Source: Candidatus Latescibacterota bacterium
Lineage (GTDB): Bacteria > Latescibacterota > UBA2968 > UBA8231
DNA length: 64,000 nt
NCBI GenBank assembly: GCA_965219385.1
Contig: CBDCNM010000001.1
Span: 980,631 to 1,044,630 of the forward strand
Direction of reading: 5' to 3'
Within the stretch, counting starts at the first letter, position 1, and the number at the start of each line of letters is the position of its first letter. The notes beneath the pieces are model-generated. The model saw nothing but the letters and a program-made list of their open reading frames with translations. It did not search any database and had not been told where the DNA came from. The translations under genes were made by a program, and so were the position numbers. Below are positions 40,963 through 52,625 of the stretch, piece by piece.

Positions 40963-41949
40963 CTAGGTGGAGCCTCGCTCCATTTGCCGGGCAACCGTCT
41001 CCAAATCACTGTCGACCATCATTTTCACGACCTCTTCAAAAGAAACTTCTGGTTCCCAGCCAAGTTTCTCTTTTGCCTTGCTGGAATCGCCAAGCAGCAG
41101 GTTGACTTCGGCTGGTCGGAAGAACTTCTCGTCCACTACGACGTATTCCTCCCAATCCAGATCCACGTAACCAAAGGCCACCTGGCAGAATTCCCGGATG
41201 GAACGAACCTCACCGGTGGCGATCACAAAGTCTTCGGGGTCTTCTTGCTGCAACATCAGCCACATGGCCTTGACATAATCTCCGGCGTATCCCCAGTCGC
41301 GGCGCGCGTCCAGATTGCCCAGAGCCAGTTGATCCGTCTGGCCCAATTTGATGCGAGCGACCCCATAGGTAATCTTCCGGGTTGCGAATTCCAGGCCTCG
41401 GCGAGGGGACTCATGGTTGAACAAAATGCCCGCACAACAAAACAAATCGTAGCTTTCTCGGTAATTGATGGTAATCCAGTGGCTGTAGAGTTTGGCAATC
41501 CCATAGGGGCTGCGAGGATAAAAGGGGGTATTCTCGTTTTGCGGCGTCTCCCGGACTTTGCCGAACAACTCGCTCGTACTGGCCTGGTAAAACCTTATTT
41601 GGGGATCGAAACTGTTTATGCTTTCCAGCAGGCGGACGACGCCCAAACCGGTGATTTCACCTGTCAACAAGGGTTGCTGGAACGAGGCCTGAACAAATGA
41701 TTGAGCTCCGAGGTTGTAGACTTCATGCGGTCTGGCCTGTTCGAGAGCCAAAATCAGGGAATTCTGGTCGAGAAGATCCCCGGATATAATTTCGATCTGA
41801 TCCTGCAAGTGGTGGATGCGCTCGAAGGTAACGGTACTGCTGCGGCGAACCAGACCGAAAACCTCGTAGTCCTTTTCCAGTAAAAATTCAGCCAGATAGG
41901 ATCCATCCTGTCCAGTAATTCCGGTGATTAAAGCGCGCTTCTTGGCCAT
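40963..41949 (-). CDS. gmd: GDP-mannose 4,6-dehydratase
   Basis: [29 protein letters not shown]. Confidence 0.96.
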   Translation of the reverse strand: MAKKRALITGITGQDGSYLAEFLLEKDYEVFGLVRRSSTVTFERIHHLQDQIEIISGDLLDQNSLILALEQARPHEVYNLGAQSFVQASFQQPLLTGEITGLGVVRLLESINSFDPQIRFYQASTSELFGKVRETPQNENTPFYPRSPYGIAKLYSHWITINYRESYDLFCCAGILFNHESPRRGLEFATRKITYGVARIKLGQTDQLALGNLDARRDWGYAGDYVKAMWLMLQQEDPEDFVIATGEVRSIREFCQVAFGYVDLDWEEYVVVDEKFFRPAEVNLLLGDSSKAKEKLGWEPEVSFEEVVKMMVDSDLETVARQMERGST

Positions 41950-41961
41950 TTTGTATTTTTT

Positions 41962-44837
41962 TTAGAAAGATTGTGAATAATCTCCAATTGGGATACAGGA
42001 GCACACCAGATTGCGATCCCCCAGAGCATTGTCGAGACGGGCTACCGCCGGCCAGAACTTGTGCTCTTTAAGCCAGGGGGCCGGCATGGTTGCCTTTTCA
42101 CGCGTATATGAATAATCCCAGTCCGAGGCTACCACCATATCAAGGGTATGGGGTGCGTTTTTCAGTATGTTGTCATCCTGGTCCAAGCCGTGGTTTTTTA
42201 TTTCTTCGATCTCTTCGTGGATGGCGATCATGGCCTCGCAAAAGCGGTCCAATTCAGCCTTGGATTCGCTCTCGGTTGGTTCTACCATCAAGGTACCAAC
42301 CACCGGGAAAGACACCGTTGGGGCATGGTATCCATAATCCATCAAACGTTTAGCCACATCTTCTACTGTAATCCCCGTTGTATCTTTTAAGCTGCGTAGA
42401 TCCAGAATGGATTCATGGGCGACAAAGCCATTTTTGCCCCTGTACAGAACCGGGAAAAACCCATCTAGTTTGTGAGCTATATAATTGGCATTCAAGATGG
42501 CTACTTTAGTAGCCTGCCGCAACCCCTCTCCCCCCATCAACTTGAGATAAGCCCAGGAGATCAACAAAATGACCGCGCTGCTCCAGGGGGCCGCGGACAC
42601 TGCCCCCGTCCCCTTCTTTCCTCCGGTCCGCACCACCGGATGAGTGGGCAGAAAATCCACCAGGTGGTCGGCTACGGCGATAGGCCCCATCCCCGGGCCC
42701 CCTCCACCATGTGGAATGCAAAAAGTCTTATGCAGATTCAAATGGCATACGTCCACCCCAATTTCGGCAAGCCGGGCAAGTCCGACCAGAGCGTTCATAT
42801 TGGCTCCGTCCATGTATACCTGTGCACCGCAATCGTGGACCAAGGCACAGACCTCTCTGATCTGCTCTTCAAAAACGCCGTGGGTAGAGGGATAGGTAAC
42901 CATGAGAGCAGCCAGGCTGTCCCGATGGTCTGTGGCCAGTCGACGTAGATCCTCCAGGTCAATATTGCCCTGATCATCACACTTCACCACCACGACCCTC
43001 ATCCCGGCCATGGTCGCGCTGGCCGGATTCGTGCCGTGGGCCGAAGCCGGAATCAAGCACACATCGCGATGGCCCTGTTGTTGGACTTGGTGATATTGGC
43101 GCACGACCAGAAGGCCGGTGTACTCGCCCTGGGCCCCGGAATTGGGCTGTAGAGAAACGCCGTTAAATCCGGTGATTTCTTTTATCATCTGGGATAGTTC
43201 GGCAAAAATTATCTGGTATCCCCGAGCCTGTTCAAGGGGTGCAAAAGGGTGCAGCTGGGCAAACTCTGGCCAGGTAATCGGCATCATTTCTGTAGTGGCG
43301 TTGAGCTTCATGCTACAAGAACCCAGCGGGATCATTGAAGTCGTCAAAGACAGATCCCTGGCCTGCAAGCGGCTCATGTAGCGCAACATCTCTGTCTCAG
43401 AGTGGTAGGTGTTAAAAACCGCATGAGTCAGATATGGACTCTGACGGCAGTCTTGTGGCGCCCAGTTCAATCCATTGATTGGTTCCAGATCCACAACCGC
43501 GAAATCGAGTTGCCCGCCGGCCAGGACTGTGAGGATATCTTCCAAATCGGCTGTGCTGGTAGTTTCGTCAAGGGTGATCCCCAACCCATCTTCTCCAAAA
43601 CAGCGGAAGTTCATCTGCTGGTTTCGGGCTCTTTGCAGGATTTCTTCTCGCTCGCTTTCTTCTACCTGCAAGCGCAGCGTATCGAAAAACCGGCGATGCA
43701 GGACGGTGTGCCCCAGCTTCAGACAGCCCTGTTCGAGGACGCGGACCAAAGCGTGAATGCGCTCTGCTATCCTTTTGAGCCCTTTGGGGCCGTGGTATAC
43801 CGCGTACATAGCGGCAACCACGGCCGGCAGGACCTGGGCAGTACAAATATTGCTGGTGGCCTTTTCCCGCTTGATATGCTGCTCACGGGTCTGCAGCGCC
43901 ATCCGCAAGGCAGCATTGCCCCGGGCATCCTTAGAGACGCCGATAACCCGGCCGGGAAGCTGCCGTTTGTAGGCCTGGCGAGTGGCAAAATAGGCTGCGT
44001 GGGGTCCTCCGTAACCCATGGGCATGCCCAGACGCTGGGTATTGCCCACTACGACATCGGCGCCAAACTCTCCTGGAGGGGTTAGCAAGGTAAGGCTGAG
44101 AATATCCGCCGCAACGGCAACCAGAGCTCGATGGTTATGCGCTTGCTCGCAAAACTCTCGGTAGTCGTAAATTGCACCATCCGAGGATGGGTACTGCAGA
44201 AGAGCCCCAAATATGGGAAGCTCAAAATCGAACTCACGGTGGTTGTCTACCACTACCTCCCATCCCCGGCTGTGGGCCCGGGTCTTGACCACATCGATGG
44301 TCTGTGGGTGACAATCCACCGAGACGAAGAAGGTGCGGTGTGGTTTTTTTTTTGCACGCTGTAGATCATGCTCATGGCTTCGGCCCCAGCGGTGGCCTCA
44401 TCCAGAAGCGAGGCATTGGCAATCTCCATACCGGTGAGGTCGATGACCATAGTCTGGAAGTTCAGCAGGGCTTCCAGCCTTCCCTGCGCGATTTCGGACT
44501 GGTAAGGGGTGTACTGGGTGTACCAACCTGGATTTTCCAGTATATTGCGTTGAATCACCGGGGGCGTGATACAATCGGCGTACCCCATGCCTATATAAGA
44601 GCGAAAAATTTTATTCACCGCCGCAATATCCTTCAGTTCTTCCAGCAGTTCGTACTCGCCTTTCCCTCTTTCCATCCGGAGATCTTCACGCATGCGGATT
44701 TGCGGTGGAACGGCACGATCGATCAACTCGTCCAGGGTGTTCACCCCCAGTTTCTCCAGCATCCGGGCTATATCGCCTTCCTCAGGGCCGATGTGACGGC
44801 GAGCAAATCCATCGGTGTATTTCCAGGCTTCTCTCAT
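41962..44837 (-). CDS. gcvP: Glycine dehydrogenase P protein, split by a frameshift at an A10 run (44344-44353)
   Basis: [14 protein letters not shown] in one frame; DCHPQT...HLNLHKTF in another; one added A joins them. Confidence 0.9.
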
Positions 44838-44857
44838 ATTTATTCGCGATTCCTCTC

Positions 44858-45979
44858 TTACTTTTCTTCTTTCTTGACTCTGGATGGCACAAACGGCGGA
44901 CGGACTACCTCCGAGGGGCGGAGTTTTCCGCGGATCTCAATCTGTAATCCCGTCCCTCGTTTCCTGTAGTTCGGCTCCACAAAGGCCATTCCGATGCCCT
45001 GCTGAAGGCTCGGAGAAAAGGTCCCGCTGCTCACATGCCCAATGCCCGCCCCTTTTTCATTATAGACTCCGCACCCAGGTCGAGGTATCCCCTTTTCCCC
45101 CAGGACAAAACCTACCAGACGTCGGTATCCCCCCTCCTTCCGCTGGTTCTTTAAGGCGCGTTTGCCGATAAAATCCACATCCTTCTCCAGGCGCAAGATC
45201 CAGGACAGGCCGGCTTCAAGCGGACTGATTTCAGGACCGAGTTCATGGCCATAAAGACAATAGCCCATTTCCGTGCGCAAGGTATCCCTTGCCCCCAACC
45301 CGCAAGGCCGGGCCCCTTCTTTTTGTAATCTATGCCAAATCTTCCCTGTCCCTCCCGCCTCACAGATGATCTCGAAGCCATCCTCTCCCGTATAGCCGCT
45401 TCGACTTAACAGCACATCTTCCTCTCCTATCCGGCCCTTAGAACACCTGTAGTACTTGAGGTCGTGTAACTCTTTATCAACAAGTGATTCCATCACCGCC
45501 TCGGCCCGTGGTCCCTGGACCGCTATTATACCCTTTGCTCGACTGAGATCATCGATGACCACTGGATCAAAAGCCTTGCTGGCTTGATTTATCCAGCCCA
45601 CATCGGCCTCTGTGCGTGCGGCGTTGACCACCAGCCGGTATTCCCCCTTGGCCAGGCAATACACCAGTAGATCGTCTACCACCCCTCCACTTTCCGTACA
45701 GAAAACCGAATACATCATCTTCCCCGGACTCAACTGGCTCGCATCTCCGGGCACCAGGCGCTGGAGTAGGGCAAGGCTTTCCCTGCCGCGGATGGCGATT
45801 TGGCCCATGTGAGAGACGTCAAAGATCCCTACGTCATTGCGGACCACGTGATGCTCTTGGTTGATGCCGCTGTACTGAACCGGCATCAACCAGCCCCCAA
45901 ACGCCACCATGCGGGCCCCACTCTCCAGGTGGGCCCCATACAAGGGAGTGCGCTTTAGTCTTTCCCGCGACCGACTCAT
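44858..45979 (-). CDS. gcvT: Glycine cleavage T protein
   Basis: [26 protein letters not shown]. Confidence 0.96.
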   Translation of the reverse strand: MSRSRERLKRTPLYGAHLESGARMVAFGGWLMPVQYSGINQEHHVVRNDVGIFDVSHMGQIAIRGRESLALLQRLVPGDASQLSPGKMMYSVFCTESGGVVDDLLVYCLAKGEYRLVVNAARTEADVGWINQASKAFDPVVIDDLSRAKGIIAVQGPRAEAVMESLVDKELHDLKYYRCSKGRIGEEDVLLSRSGYTGEDGFEIICEAGGTGKIWHRLQKEGARPCGLGARDTLRTEMGYCLYGHELGPEISPLEAGLSWILRLEKDVDFIGKRALKNQRKEGGYRRLVGFVLGEKGIPRPGCGVYNEKGAGIGHVSSGTFSPSLQQGIGMAFVEPNYRKRGTGLQIEIRGKLRPSEVVRPPFVPSRVKKEEK

Positions 45980-45988
45980 TGTTTTTCG

Positions 45989-46588
45989 CTATTTGGAAGA
46001 TTCTACCAGCCGGTCCCACAATTCAGCGGCTTTCTCCTCTAACTCCCGGACAGTCCCGTTGTTTTCCACTACAAAGTCTGCCCGGGCTATTTTTTCGGCG
46101 ACCGGCAACTGCGAAGACAGACGCTGGCGAATCTCCTTCCCGCCGAGGTGGTGGCGCTGGCTAACTCGCTCAAACCGCCCTTCCTCATCGGCATGTACCA
46201 CGACAATGACATCGAAGCGACCCAGCTCGCCCCATTCGAAAATGAGAGCGGCATCCACCACCACGATGTTCTTCTTATGCGAACCTGAAGCACGGTCTAC
46301 TTGCTTCCAGAGTTCTTCTGCAAGGGAAGGGTGAACGATCCTGTTGAGGCACGCCCGGCCGGCCTCGTCGGCAAAAGCGCGCCGCCCCAGTTCCCGCCGA
46401 TTCAAAGCGCCATCCGCGTGTAGAATATCCTCGCCAAATGCGCTTTCAAGTGCCCGGCGGACTTGCGGTCTTTCAATTATCTCGTGGCCGATCCGATCGG
46501 CATCTACGAGGATAGCTCCCCTTTTTTCCAGCAGGCGGGCAAGGGTGGTCTTGCCCGAGCCCATGCCTCCGGTTACGCCTACGACCAT
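45989..46588 (-). CDS. coaE: Dephospho-CoA kinase
   Basis: GVTGGMGSGKT, DAD, IVHP, DAALIFE. Confidence 0.94.
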   Translation of the reverse strand: MVVGVTGGMGSGKTTLARLLEKRGAILVDADRIGHEIIERPQVRRALESAFGEDILHADGALNRRELGRRAFADEAGRACLNRIVHPSLAEELWKQVDRASGSHKKNIVVVDAALIFEWGELGRFDVIVVVHADEEGRFERVSQRHHLGGKEIRQRLSSQLPVAEKIARADFVVENNGTVRELEEKAAELWDRLVESSK

Positions 46589-46656
46589 ATTTGATTAGGA
46601 TCTGTTCTTCACCGCGGCGCTCGAAGCCTGACCGCCTTCAGCAAAGGCAGGACAGC

Positions 46657-47514
46657 CTATTGGGGCCCCTTGAGGTACTTGAAGAAATCCGTGTCTGCCG
46701 GCTGTACCAGCAGGGTGTTTTCATCCAGGGATTTCTCAAAGGCTTCCAGGGTGCGAGTAAACTCGTAAAAGGCTGCTGCATTCTTGTAGGCGCTGGCGTA
46801 GGTCCGCAGGGCTTCCGCATCTCCTTCCCCCCTTGTGCCTTGGGCCTTTTCGTACGCTTCGGCATTGATCTGGGCCGCTTCCAGATCGGTCTCGGCGCGA
46901 ATCTTCAAAGCCTGTTCTTCTCCTTCGGCCCGGTAGCGTTTGGCCTCGCGTTCGCGTTCGGCCCGCATCCGGTTGAACACGGCGGCCTCGTTTTCCGGGG
47001 GCAGATCGGCCCGTTTAATGCGCACGTCGATCACCTCGATACCATAAGCTTGAGCAGCCTTGTTGGAGCGTTTGGTGACCTCCAGCATCAGGGCTTCCCG
47101 GTTTTGTGAGACTATTTCGGAAAGGGTATGTTGGCCCAACTCGTTGCGCACTTCGGAATAGATGATGTCGTCGAGCCTGGCCAGGGCCCCTGACCTGGTG
47201 CGCATGGCCTTCAAGAATACCAGGGGATCTGTGATGTGCCAGCGCGCGTAGTTGTCCAGCACCAGGAACTTTTTGTCCTTGGTGGGAATCGCAGAAGGAT
47301 CGGAGTCGTAGTCCAGGAGTTGATTGGAAAAAACGACCACCTTTTGAAAGGGAGGCGGAAGTTTGAATTTCAGTCCCGGCTCCTTGTGGACCCGCACAGG
47401 CTCGCCGAACTGGATGACCACCACCTGTTCCCACTCCCTCACCTTGAACATCACCATATTGGCCACAAACAGCACTACCAGAAGCGCAACCAGAATTCCG
47501 ATAGAAATTCTCAT
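46657..47514 (-). CDS. hflC: Protease modulator HflC
   Basis: SPFH domain, DVRIKRADLP, RMRAERER. Confidence 0.93.
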   Translation of the reverse strand: MRISIGILVALLVVLFVANMVMFKVREWEQVVVIQFGEPVRVHKEPGLKFKLPPPFQKVVVFSNQLLDYDSDPSAIPTKDKKFLVLDNYARWHITDPLVFLKAMRTRSGALARLDDIIYSEVRNELGQHTLSEIVSQNREALMLEVTKRSNKAAQAYGIEVIDVRIKRADLPPENEAAVFNRMRAEREREAKRYRAEGEEQALKIRAETDLEAAQINAEAYEKAQGTRGEGDAEALRTYASAYKNAAAFYEFTRTLEAFEKSLDENTLLVQPADTDFFKYLKGPQ

Positions 47515-48509
47515 TTCACACCGTCCTTTTTGTCCAGGTTGAGGATATTGAGGAAGCCGCCTTTTTCATCTGTTTCGACGATGTACTTCTGGAAGCGCGG
47601 CAGGACTTTCTCCATGGTCTCGATATAAAGCCGGGTCTCCGTGACGTCGGGCGCCTTTTTATATTCCTCGTAGACCGCCCGAAAGCGGTCCACATCCCCC
47701 TGGGCCCTCCTGATCCGCTCTATTTTGTAGGCATCGGCCCCCTTGAGCAGCTTTTCGGCCTCACCCCGCGCCTTGGGTATCACATCATTCTGGTACCCCC
47801 GGGCTTCGTTGACCAGGCGTTCCCGGTCTTCTTTGGCGCTGATCACATCCCTGAAAGCGGCATTGACCTCATCTGGAGGAACCACCTGTTGCAACAACAC
47901 ATCGCGCACCGCAAGGCCGCACTGGTATGTATTGGTAAAGAGATCCTGCAGTTTTTCTTTGATCTCTAGCTGAATCTGCTCTTTGCCTTCGGTCAGGGCT
48001 TCGTCGAGGGTATGCTCGCCGACCACCTTGCGCAAAACAGCCTCGCTGGCATCGTGCACCAGCCCCTTTGTCCTTTCAAATACCCCCAGACCTTCCACAT
48101 TGAACAAAGCATCAACCACGTTGCTGACGCGGTATTGCACCACCAGTTCGATATCTATGATATTCTCATCCCCGGTGAGCATTAGAGATTCCTGGGGCAC
48201 ATCGCGGTAGCGCGCCGGCGGCCCTGGATCGAGGATGCGGAAGCCGATCACCTCGCTGTATACCTGGGTCACAGAGGGCTTGTAAACCTCTTCAATTGGC
48301 GAGGGCAGGTGGTAGTGCAAACCCGGGGCGGTTACCTCGGAGAGCTTGCCAAAGCGCAGCACCACCCCTTGCTCATCCGGGTCCACCTTGTAGATGCCGC
48401 TCAGGATCCACAAGGCCACCACTACTCCAACGATTGAGTACAGGGTCTTGGGGGTGAACTTGAGCGAAGAAACGGGTTTTCCACCCGGAAAGTCGAATTG
48501 TTGCGGCAT
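47511..48509 (-). CDS. hflK: Protease modulator HflK
   Basis: MLTGDENI, IPKARGEA, RLYIETME. Confidence 0.93.
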   Translation of the reverse strand: MPQQFDFPGGKPVSSLKFTPKTLYSIVGVVVALWILSGIYKVDPDEQGVVLRFGKLSEVTAPGLHYHLPSPIEEVYKPSVTQVYSEVIGFRILDPGPPARYRDVPQESLMLTGDENIIDIELVVQYRVSNVVDALFNVEGLGVFERTKGLVHDASEAVLRKVVGEHTLDEALTEGKEQIQLEIKEKLQDLFTNTYQCGLAVRDVLLQQVVPPDEVNAAFRDVISAKEDRERLVNEARGYQNDVIPKARGEAEKLLKGADAYKIERIRRAQGDVDRFRAVYEEYKKAPDVTETRLYIETMEKVLPRFQKYIVETDEKGGFLNILNLDKKDGVK

Positions 48510-48617
48510 ATTATGGTCTCCTGCGAAAATGTTTCATGGCGGTGAACACTTTAAGGGCCAGGGAAAAATGTATATCTTATCCATGGATCTGTCAACACAA
48601 TCCGCCGACCAATTCTA

Positions 48618-48646
48618 TTGACACGAAAGGTGGTTTGGCGTATCGT
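48618..48646 (+). promoter_or_regulatory. Sigma70-type promoter for clpP
   Basis: TTGACA-17 nt-TATCGT. Confidence 0.5.
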
Positions 48647-48699
48647 TTTTATAACTTACAGAAAGCTAAAATTGAGTCTTCTCAAGGATTGTTCAACCC

Positions 48700-49308
48700 A
48701 TGGCCATAGTACCTGTTGTAATCGAACAGACCGGACGCGGAGAGCGCGCTTACGATATTTTTTCCAGATTGCTGAAGGAAAGGATTGTCTTCATAGGCTT
48801 CCCCATCGATGACGCCGAGGCCAACTTAATCATTGCTCAGATGCTCTTTCTTTGCTCCGAGGATCCGCAGAAGGATATTTCCCTCTATATCAATAGTCCG
48901 GGGGGCAGTATTACCGCCGGGCTGGCCATCTACGATACAATGCGGCATGTTCCCTGCGATGTTGCCACCTTGTGTGTAGGCCAGGCCTATAGTATGAGCG
49001 CTCTCCTCTTAGCTGGAGGGGCCAAGGGCAAACGCCATGCCCTACCTCACTCCAGGCTCTTGCTCCACCAGCCCTGGGGAGCGATGCGAGGGCAAGCCGC
49101 GGATATCGAGATCCACGCTCGGGAAATTATGGAATGGCGTCAGCGCCTCAATCAGATTTTGGTTGAAGACACCGAACAATCTCTCGACCGCATTGAAGAG
49201 GTGACGGAGCGCGATTACTTCCTGTCGCCCGGTGAAGCCTGCAATTTCGGCCTGATCGATAGCATTCTCTCCTCAGCCCAACAACAGGAAACCCCAACTG
49301 AGGATTAG
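48700..49308 (+). CDS. clpP: Clp protease proteolytic subunit
   Basis: [29 protein letters not shown]. Confidence 0.96.
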   Translation: MAIVPVVIEQTGRGERAYDIFSRLLKERIVFIGFPIDDAEANLIIAQMLFLCSEDPQKDISLYINSPGGSITAGLAIYDTMRHVPCDVATLCVGQAYSMSALLLAGGAKGKRHALPHSRLLLHQPWGAMRGQAADIEIHAREIMEWRQRLNQILVEDTEQSLDRIEEVTERDYFLSPGEACNFGLIDSILSSAQQQETPTED

Positions 49309-49385
49309 TAGTTTGTCCCTTCAAAGGGGAAGGCAACAACCTCTTCCATCACGGCCGCATTTGCAAGAAGTACTGGGTATATACC

Positions 49386-50627
49386 TCAGGCCCTTCTTCT
49401 TCGATATACATAGGTGGGCGGTGCTTTAGCCTCTATAAACTCTCTGGTGACAACGCACTCCTTAATATCGTCCCGCGCCGGTAGCTCGTACATGATGTTG
49501 AACATTGCGGTCTCGAGAACGGCTCTCAAGCCACGAGCTCCCATTGCTTTTTCCTGGGCGTATTCCACTATTTTCTCGAGCCCTTCCTTCTGAAAGCGCA
49601 AGGTGATGCCATCCATTTCAAAAAGTTTCTTATATTGTTTGGCCAAGGCATTCTTGGGTTGAACCAGAATATCCATGAGGACGGCATCCCCCAGCGGATG
49701 GAGGGTACTGACAACCGGCAGGCGACCGATGAGTTCGGGAATCATACCGTACTGGATCAAGTCTTCTGGTTCGACCCGGCCGAGTACACGACCCAGATCC
49801 AACTCTTCGGTGTCTTCCACCATGGTGCCGAACCCTATTGCCCGTCGGCCCGTCCTCTGGCTTATTATCTTATCCAACCCATCAAAAGCACCGCCACAAA
49901 TAAACAATATGTTCTTGGTATTGATCTGTACCAGAGGCTGCTCGGGATGTTTCCGACCTCCCTTTGGAGGTACCCCGGAAATCGTGCCTTCGAGAATCTT
50001 GAGCAGTTCTTGCTGTACGCCCTCTCCCGATACATCTCTGGTAATCGATGGATTTCCCGATTTGCGGGCGATTTTGTCGATCTCGTCTATGAACAGAATG
50101 CCCCGTTCTGCCTGGTTGACATCGTAGTCGGCTGCGTGGAGAATCCTCACCAGTATATTTTCTACATCTTCGCCGACATACCCGGCTTCAGTCAATACAG
50201 TGGCGTCCACAATGGCAAAGGGGACCTGCAAAATTCGCGCAAGGGTCTCAGCCAGCAAGGTCTTTCCCGTGCCGGTAGGACCAATAAGCAGGATATTACT
50301 CTTGCTCAATTCTACGTCTGACGAGCCAGAGTAAACTCTTTTATAGTGATTGTATACCGCCACCGAAAGAGCTTTTTTGGCGCGTTCCTGCCCGATAATG
50401 TGTTCGTCCAACTGAACCTTTATCTCGGCCGGCTTAGGCAGGGGACTACCATTGAGATTGGGTTCTTGCTTATTCCCTTCTTCCAACATCTCATTGCACA
50501 ATCCCACGCACTCATTGCATATGCATATGTGGACTGAAGGTGATTCTCCCCGAATGATCTTTTCTACCTGGTTGACGCCCTTTCCACAGAAAGAACAGCT
50601 AACTTGATGGCGCGGTTTCTTGAGCAT
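49386..50627 (-). CDS. clpX: Clp protease ATPase subunit ClpX
   Basis: CSFCGK Zn finger, [23 protein letters not shown] loop. Confidence 0.97.
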   Translation of the reverse strand: MLKKPRHQVSCSFCGKGVNQVEKIIRGESPSVHICICNECVGLCNEMLEEGNKQEPNLNGSPLPKPAEIKVQLDEHIIGQERAKKALSVAVYNHYKRVYSGSSDVELSKSNILLIGPTGTGKTLLAETLARILQVPFAIVDATVLTEAGYVGEDVENILVRILHAADYDVNQAERGILFIDEIDKIARKSGNPSITRDVSGEGVQQELLKILEGTISGVPPKGGRKHPEQPLVQINTKNILFICGGAFDGLDKIISQRTGRRAIGFGTMVEDTEELDLGRVLGRVEPEDLIQYGMIPELIGRLPVVSTLHPLGDAVLMDILVQPKNALAKQYKKLFEMDGITLRFQKEGLEKIVEYAQEKAMGARGLRAVLETAMFNIMYELPARDDIKECVVTREFIEAKAPPTYVYRRRRA

Positions 50628-50663
50628 AATTGCAGGCCCAACCTTTCTTCTCTTAACCTCGGG

Positions 50664-51323
50664 TCAACTAAGAGTCTCGTCACTACCCTCACCTATCGAC
50701 TCACCCTCGAAGGTTCCCCCGCTTTCATTTCCCGCCTTTTCAGTCCCGTCCAACATCGAGTTTGTGCTATCCCCCTCCGTTCCCTCTTTGACGCTTGGAT
50801 CTGGTGGCTCTGTTTCGGTTGCGCTGTCATGGTGCTCTTTTTTCTTGGAGGCTTCCACGTTTTCTCGCTGCTGGCCGGCCTTCATCACATTAACGGCCTG
50901 GAATCCCTTGGCTGTTTTAGTCACCATGAACTCGACTTCTTCCCCCTGAGCGATACTCCTGTCCCAGGAAGATATGTCCCGCCAGTGCACAAATACATCG
51001 ATATTCCCATCCGTGGAAATAAACCCATATCCTTTATCGTTGTTGAACCACTTTACGACCCCCTTGATCCAGCTATTTTCAGAAAGGGTTTCTTCTCTTT
51101 CCTCGGTAGCTTCTTCTGCTGGGGCTACTGCTTTACCGCTCTCGTATTCGAGAACGAGATTCCGCAGCAACTGTTTGGTGTTCTCCTCTTCTTCGAAGCC
51201 TTCCAGCAACCATTCAAACCCGTTGAATAACCCGATGACATAGGCACTATCCGAACCGTACAGCTTTCTGGCCTGTACTATTTTCTCAGCCAGGCTGGCA
51301 ATCAAATTTTTGTCTATTAGCAT
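50664..51323 (-). CDS. Cold-shock-domain protein with N-terminal helical extension and acidic tail
   Basis: KGVVKWFNNDKGYGFI, VFVHW. Confidence 0.85.
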   Translation of the reverse strand: MLIDKNLIASLAEKIVQARKLYGSDSAYVIGLFNGFEWLLEGFEEEENTKQLLRNLVLEYESGKAVAPAEEATEEREETLSENSWIKGVVKWFNNDKGYGFISTDGNIDVFVHWRDISSWDRSIAQGEEVEFMVTKTAKGFQAVNVMKAGQQRENVEASKKKEHHDSATETEPPDPSVKEGTEGDSTNSMLDGTEKAGNESGGTFEGESIGEGSDETLS

Positions 51324-51391
51324 TGAAACGCCCAATGATCCTTAACCTCCTGATTACAGGCTTCTATTATTTTTTGACATGGGCATACCCC

Positions 51392-52597
51392 GGTCGTAAG
51401 GTGAGATTATCCTAGTCCAACCGGACATAATCGCATGAGTTCCAGCGAGGAATATATATGATCGGCGATGCCTGCCGCCATAGCCGGCGTTCGTTTTCGC
51501 CAGCGGCTCTCCTCGATACGCTGCCGCAGCGCCCGATGAGGATGATGAAAGTTGTAGCTCATGGCGTCATGGAATGGGATGCGCCGCGAAAAGCACATCG
51601 TTTTCGGGTTTTGCGGGCGTTGCGCAGCCGGTCGGTCAAATTGAAGCGTTCCATGGCACTGGTGTTGGCCTTCGTCCACCCCAAGCGCGTGACCACCTCG
51701 GCCAGCTTTCCTTTGCCAAAGATCGGTTGGATTTCTATCTTGCGGACCCATCCCTTCGGCCGATGTTTGATGATCTGCGCATAGACCAAGGTGCGCGGCA
51801 TGCGCAGGATCGGGGCCGGTGGTCGCCCTTGGGCCGAGCGCCGGCACCGCCCGATAGCGTCGGCCCAAGGCCTGACGAATGGCCTCGACATAGGCCGGCT
51901 CGCCATCGGTAAACAACGCCGGCAGGGCCGCCTTGGGCGCCAGGCGCGCTTGGGCATCGGCCACCGCCTGGTGAATCGTCGCCGTCGTGCGTTTGCCCGG
52001 CACCAGCGTCACCAACACTTTGGTGTGGGGATCCAGCGCGTTGACAGCCCAATAATCCCCAACGGCCAACGGGTCATCGTCGTCGCCGATCTGACGTTGT
52101 TTCTTGCCCACATACGCCCACTTTTCATCAAACTGGAGCGCGTGTGGCGTCAACTGACGGATGCGTTGGTCATGCACTTGGCGACGGACCCGACCGCCGA
52201 CCTGCACCAAGCGACGGACGGTATCTCGTGCCACGCCGGCCCGCCGAGCCGTGGTGTTAAGCCCACAGGCACTATCCAGATGCTCGATGACCGACACGGC
52301 TTTGGCTTCCGAAATCTTGCTGTTAAACAAGGCGGTGCCTTTGCGCTCACTGAATTCTTCCCCACACTGCCGACATCGAAGATAACGGATCCGATCGGCG
52401 CCGTAGATTTTGCGAATCGTCAAGTTATTCGCCCCTCGCTGGCCATAGGTCTTGCATTCGACGTTAAGGCAGCACAAATTTTCCAAGGCTGGTCTTGGGT
52501 CCATGATATCCCTCCAATACTTGGTCGTTTGGAGAGAAAAAAAGGGCACAAGGCCAGTCTTGTTTCAAGTGGTATGGGATAATCTCAGGTTACGACC
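51392..52597 (-). mobile_element. IS1-family element, transposase frameshifted
   Basis: TIRs GGTCGTAAGGTGAGATTATCC / GGATAATCTCAGGTTACGACC; 8-bp TSD CATACCCC; Zn-finger, FDEKW, TDG, TPAMAAG motifs across frames. Confidence 0.88.
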
Positions 52598-52625
52598 CAT
52601 ACCCCCATGCCATACGATAACCCAA

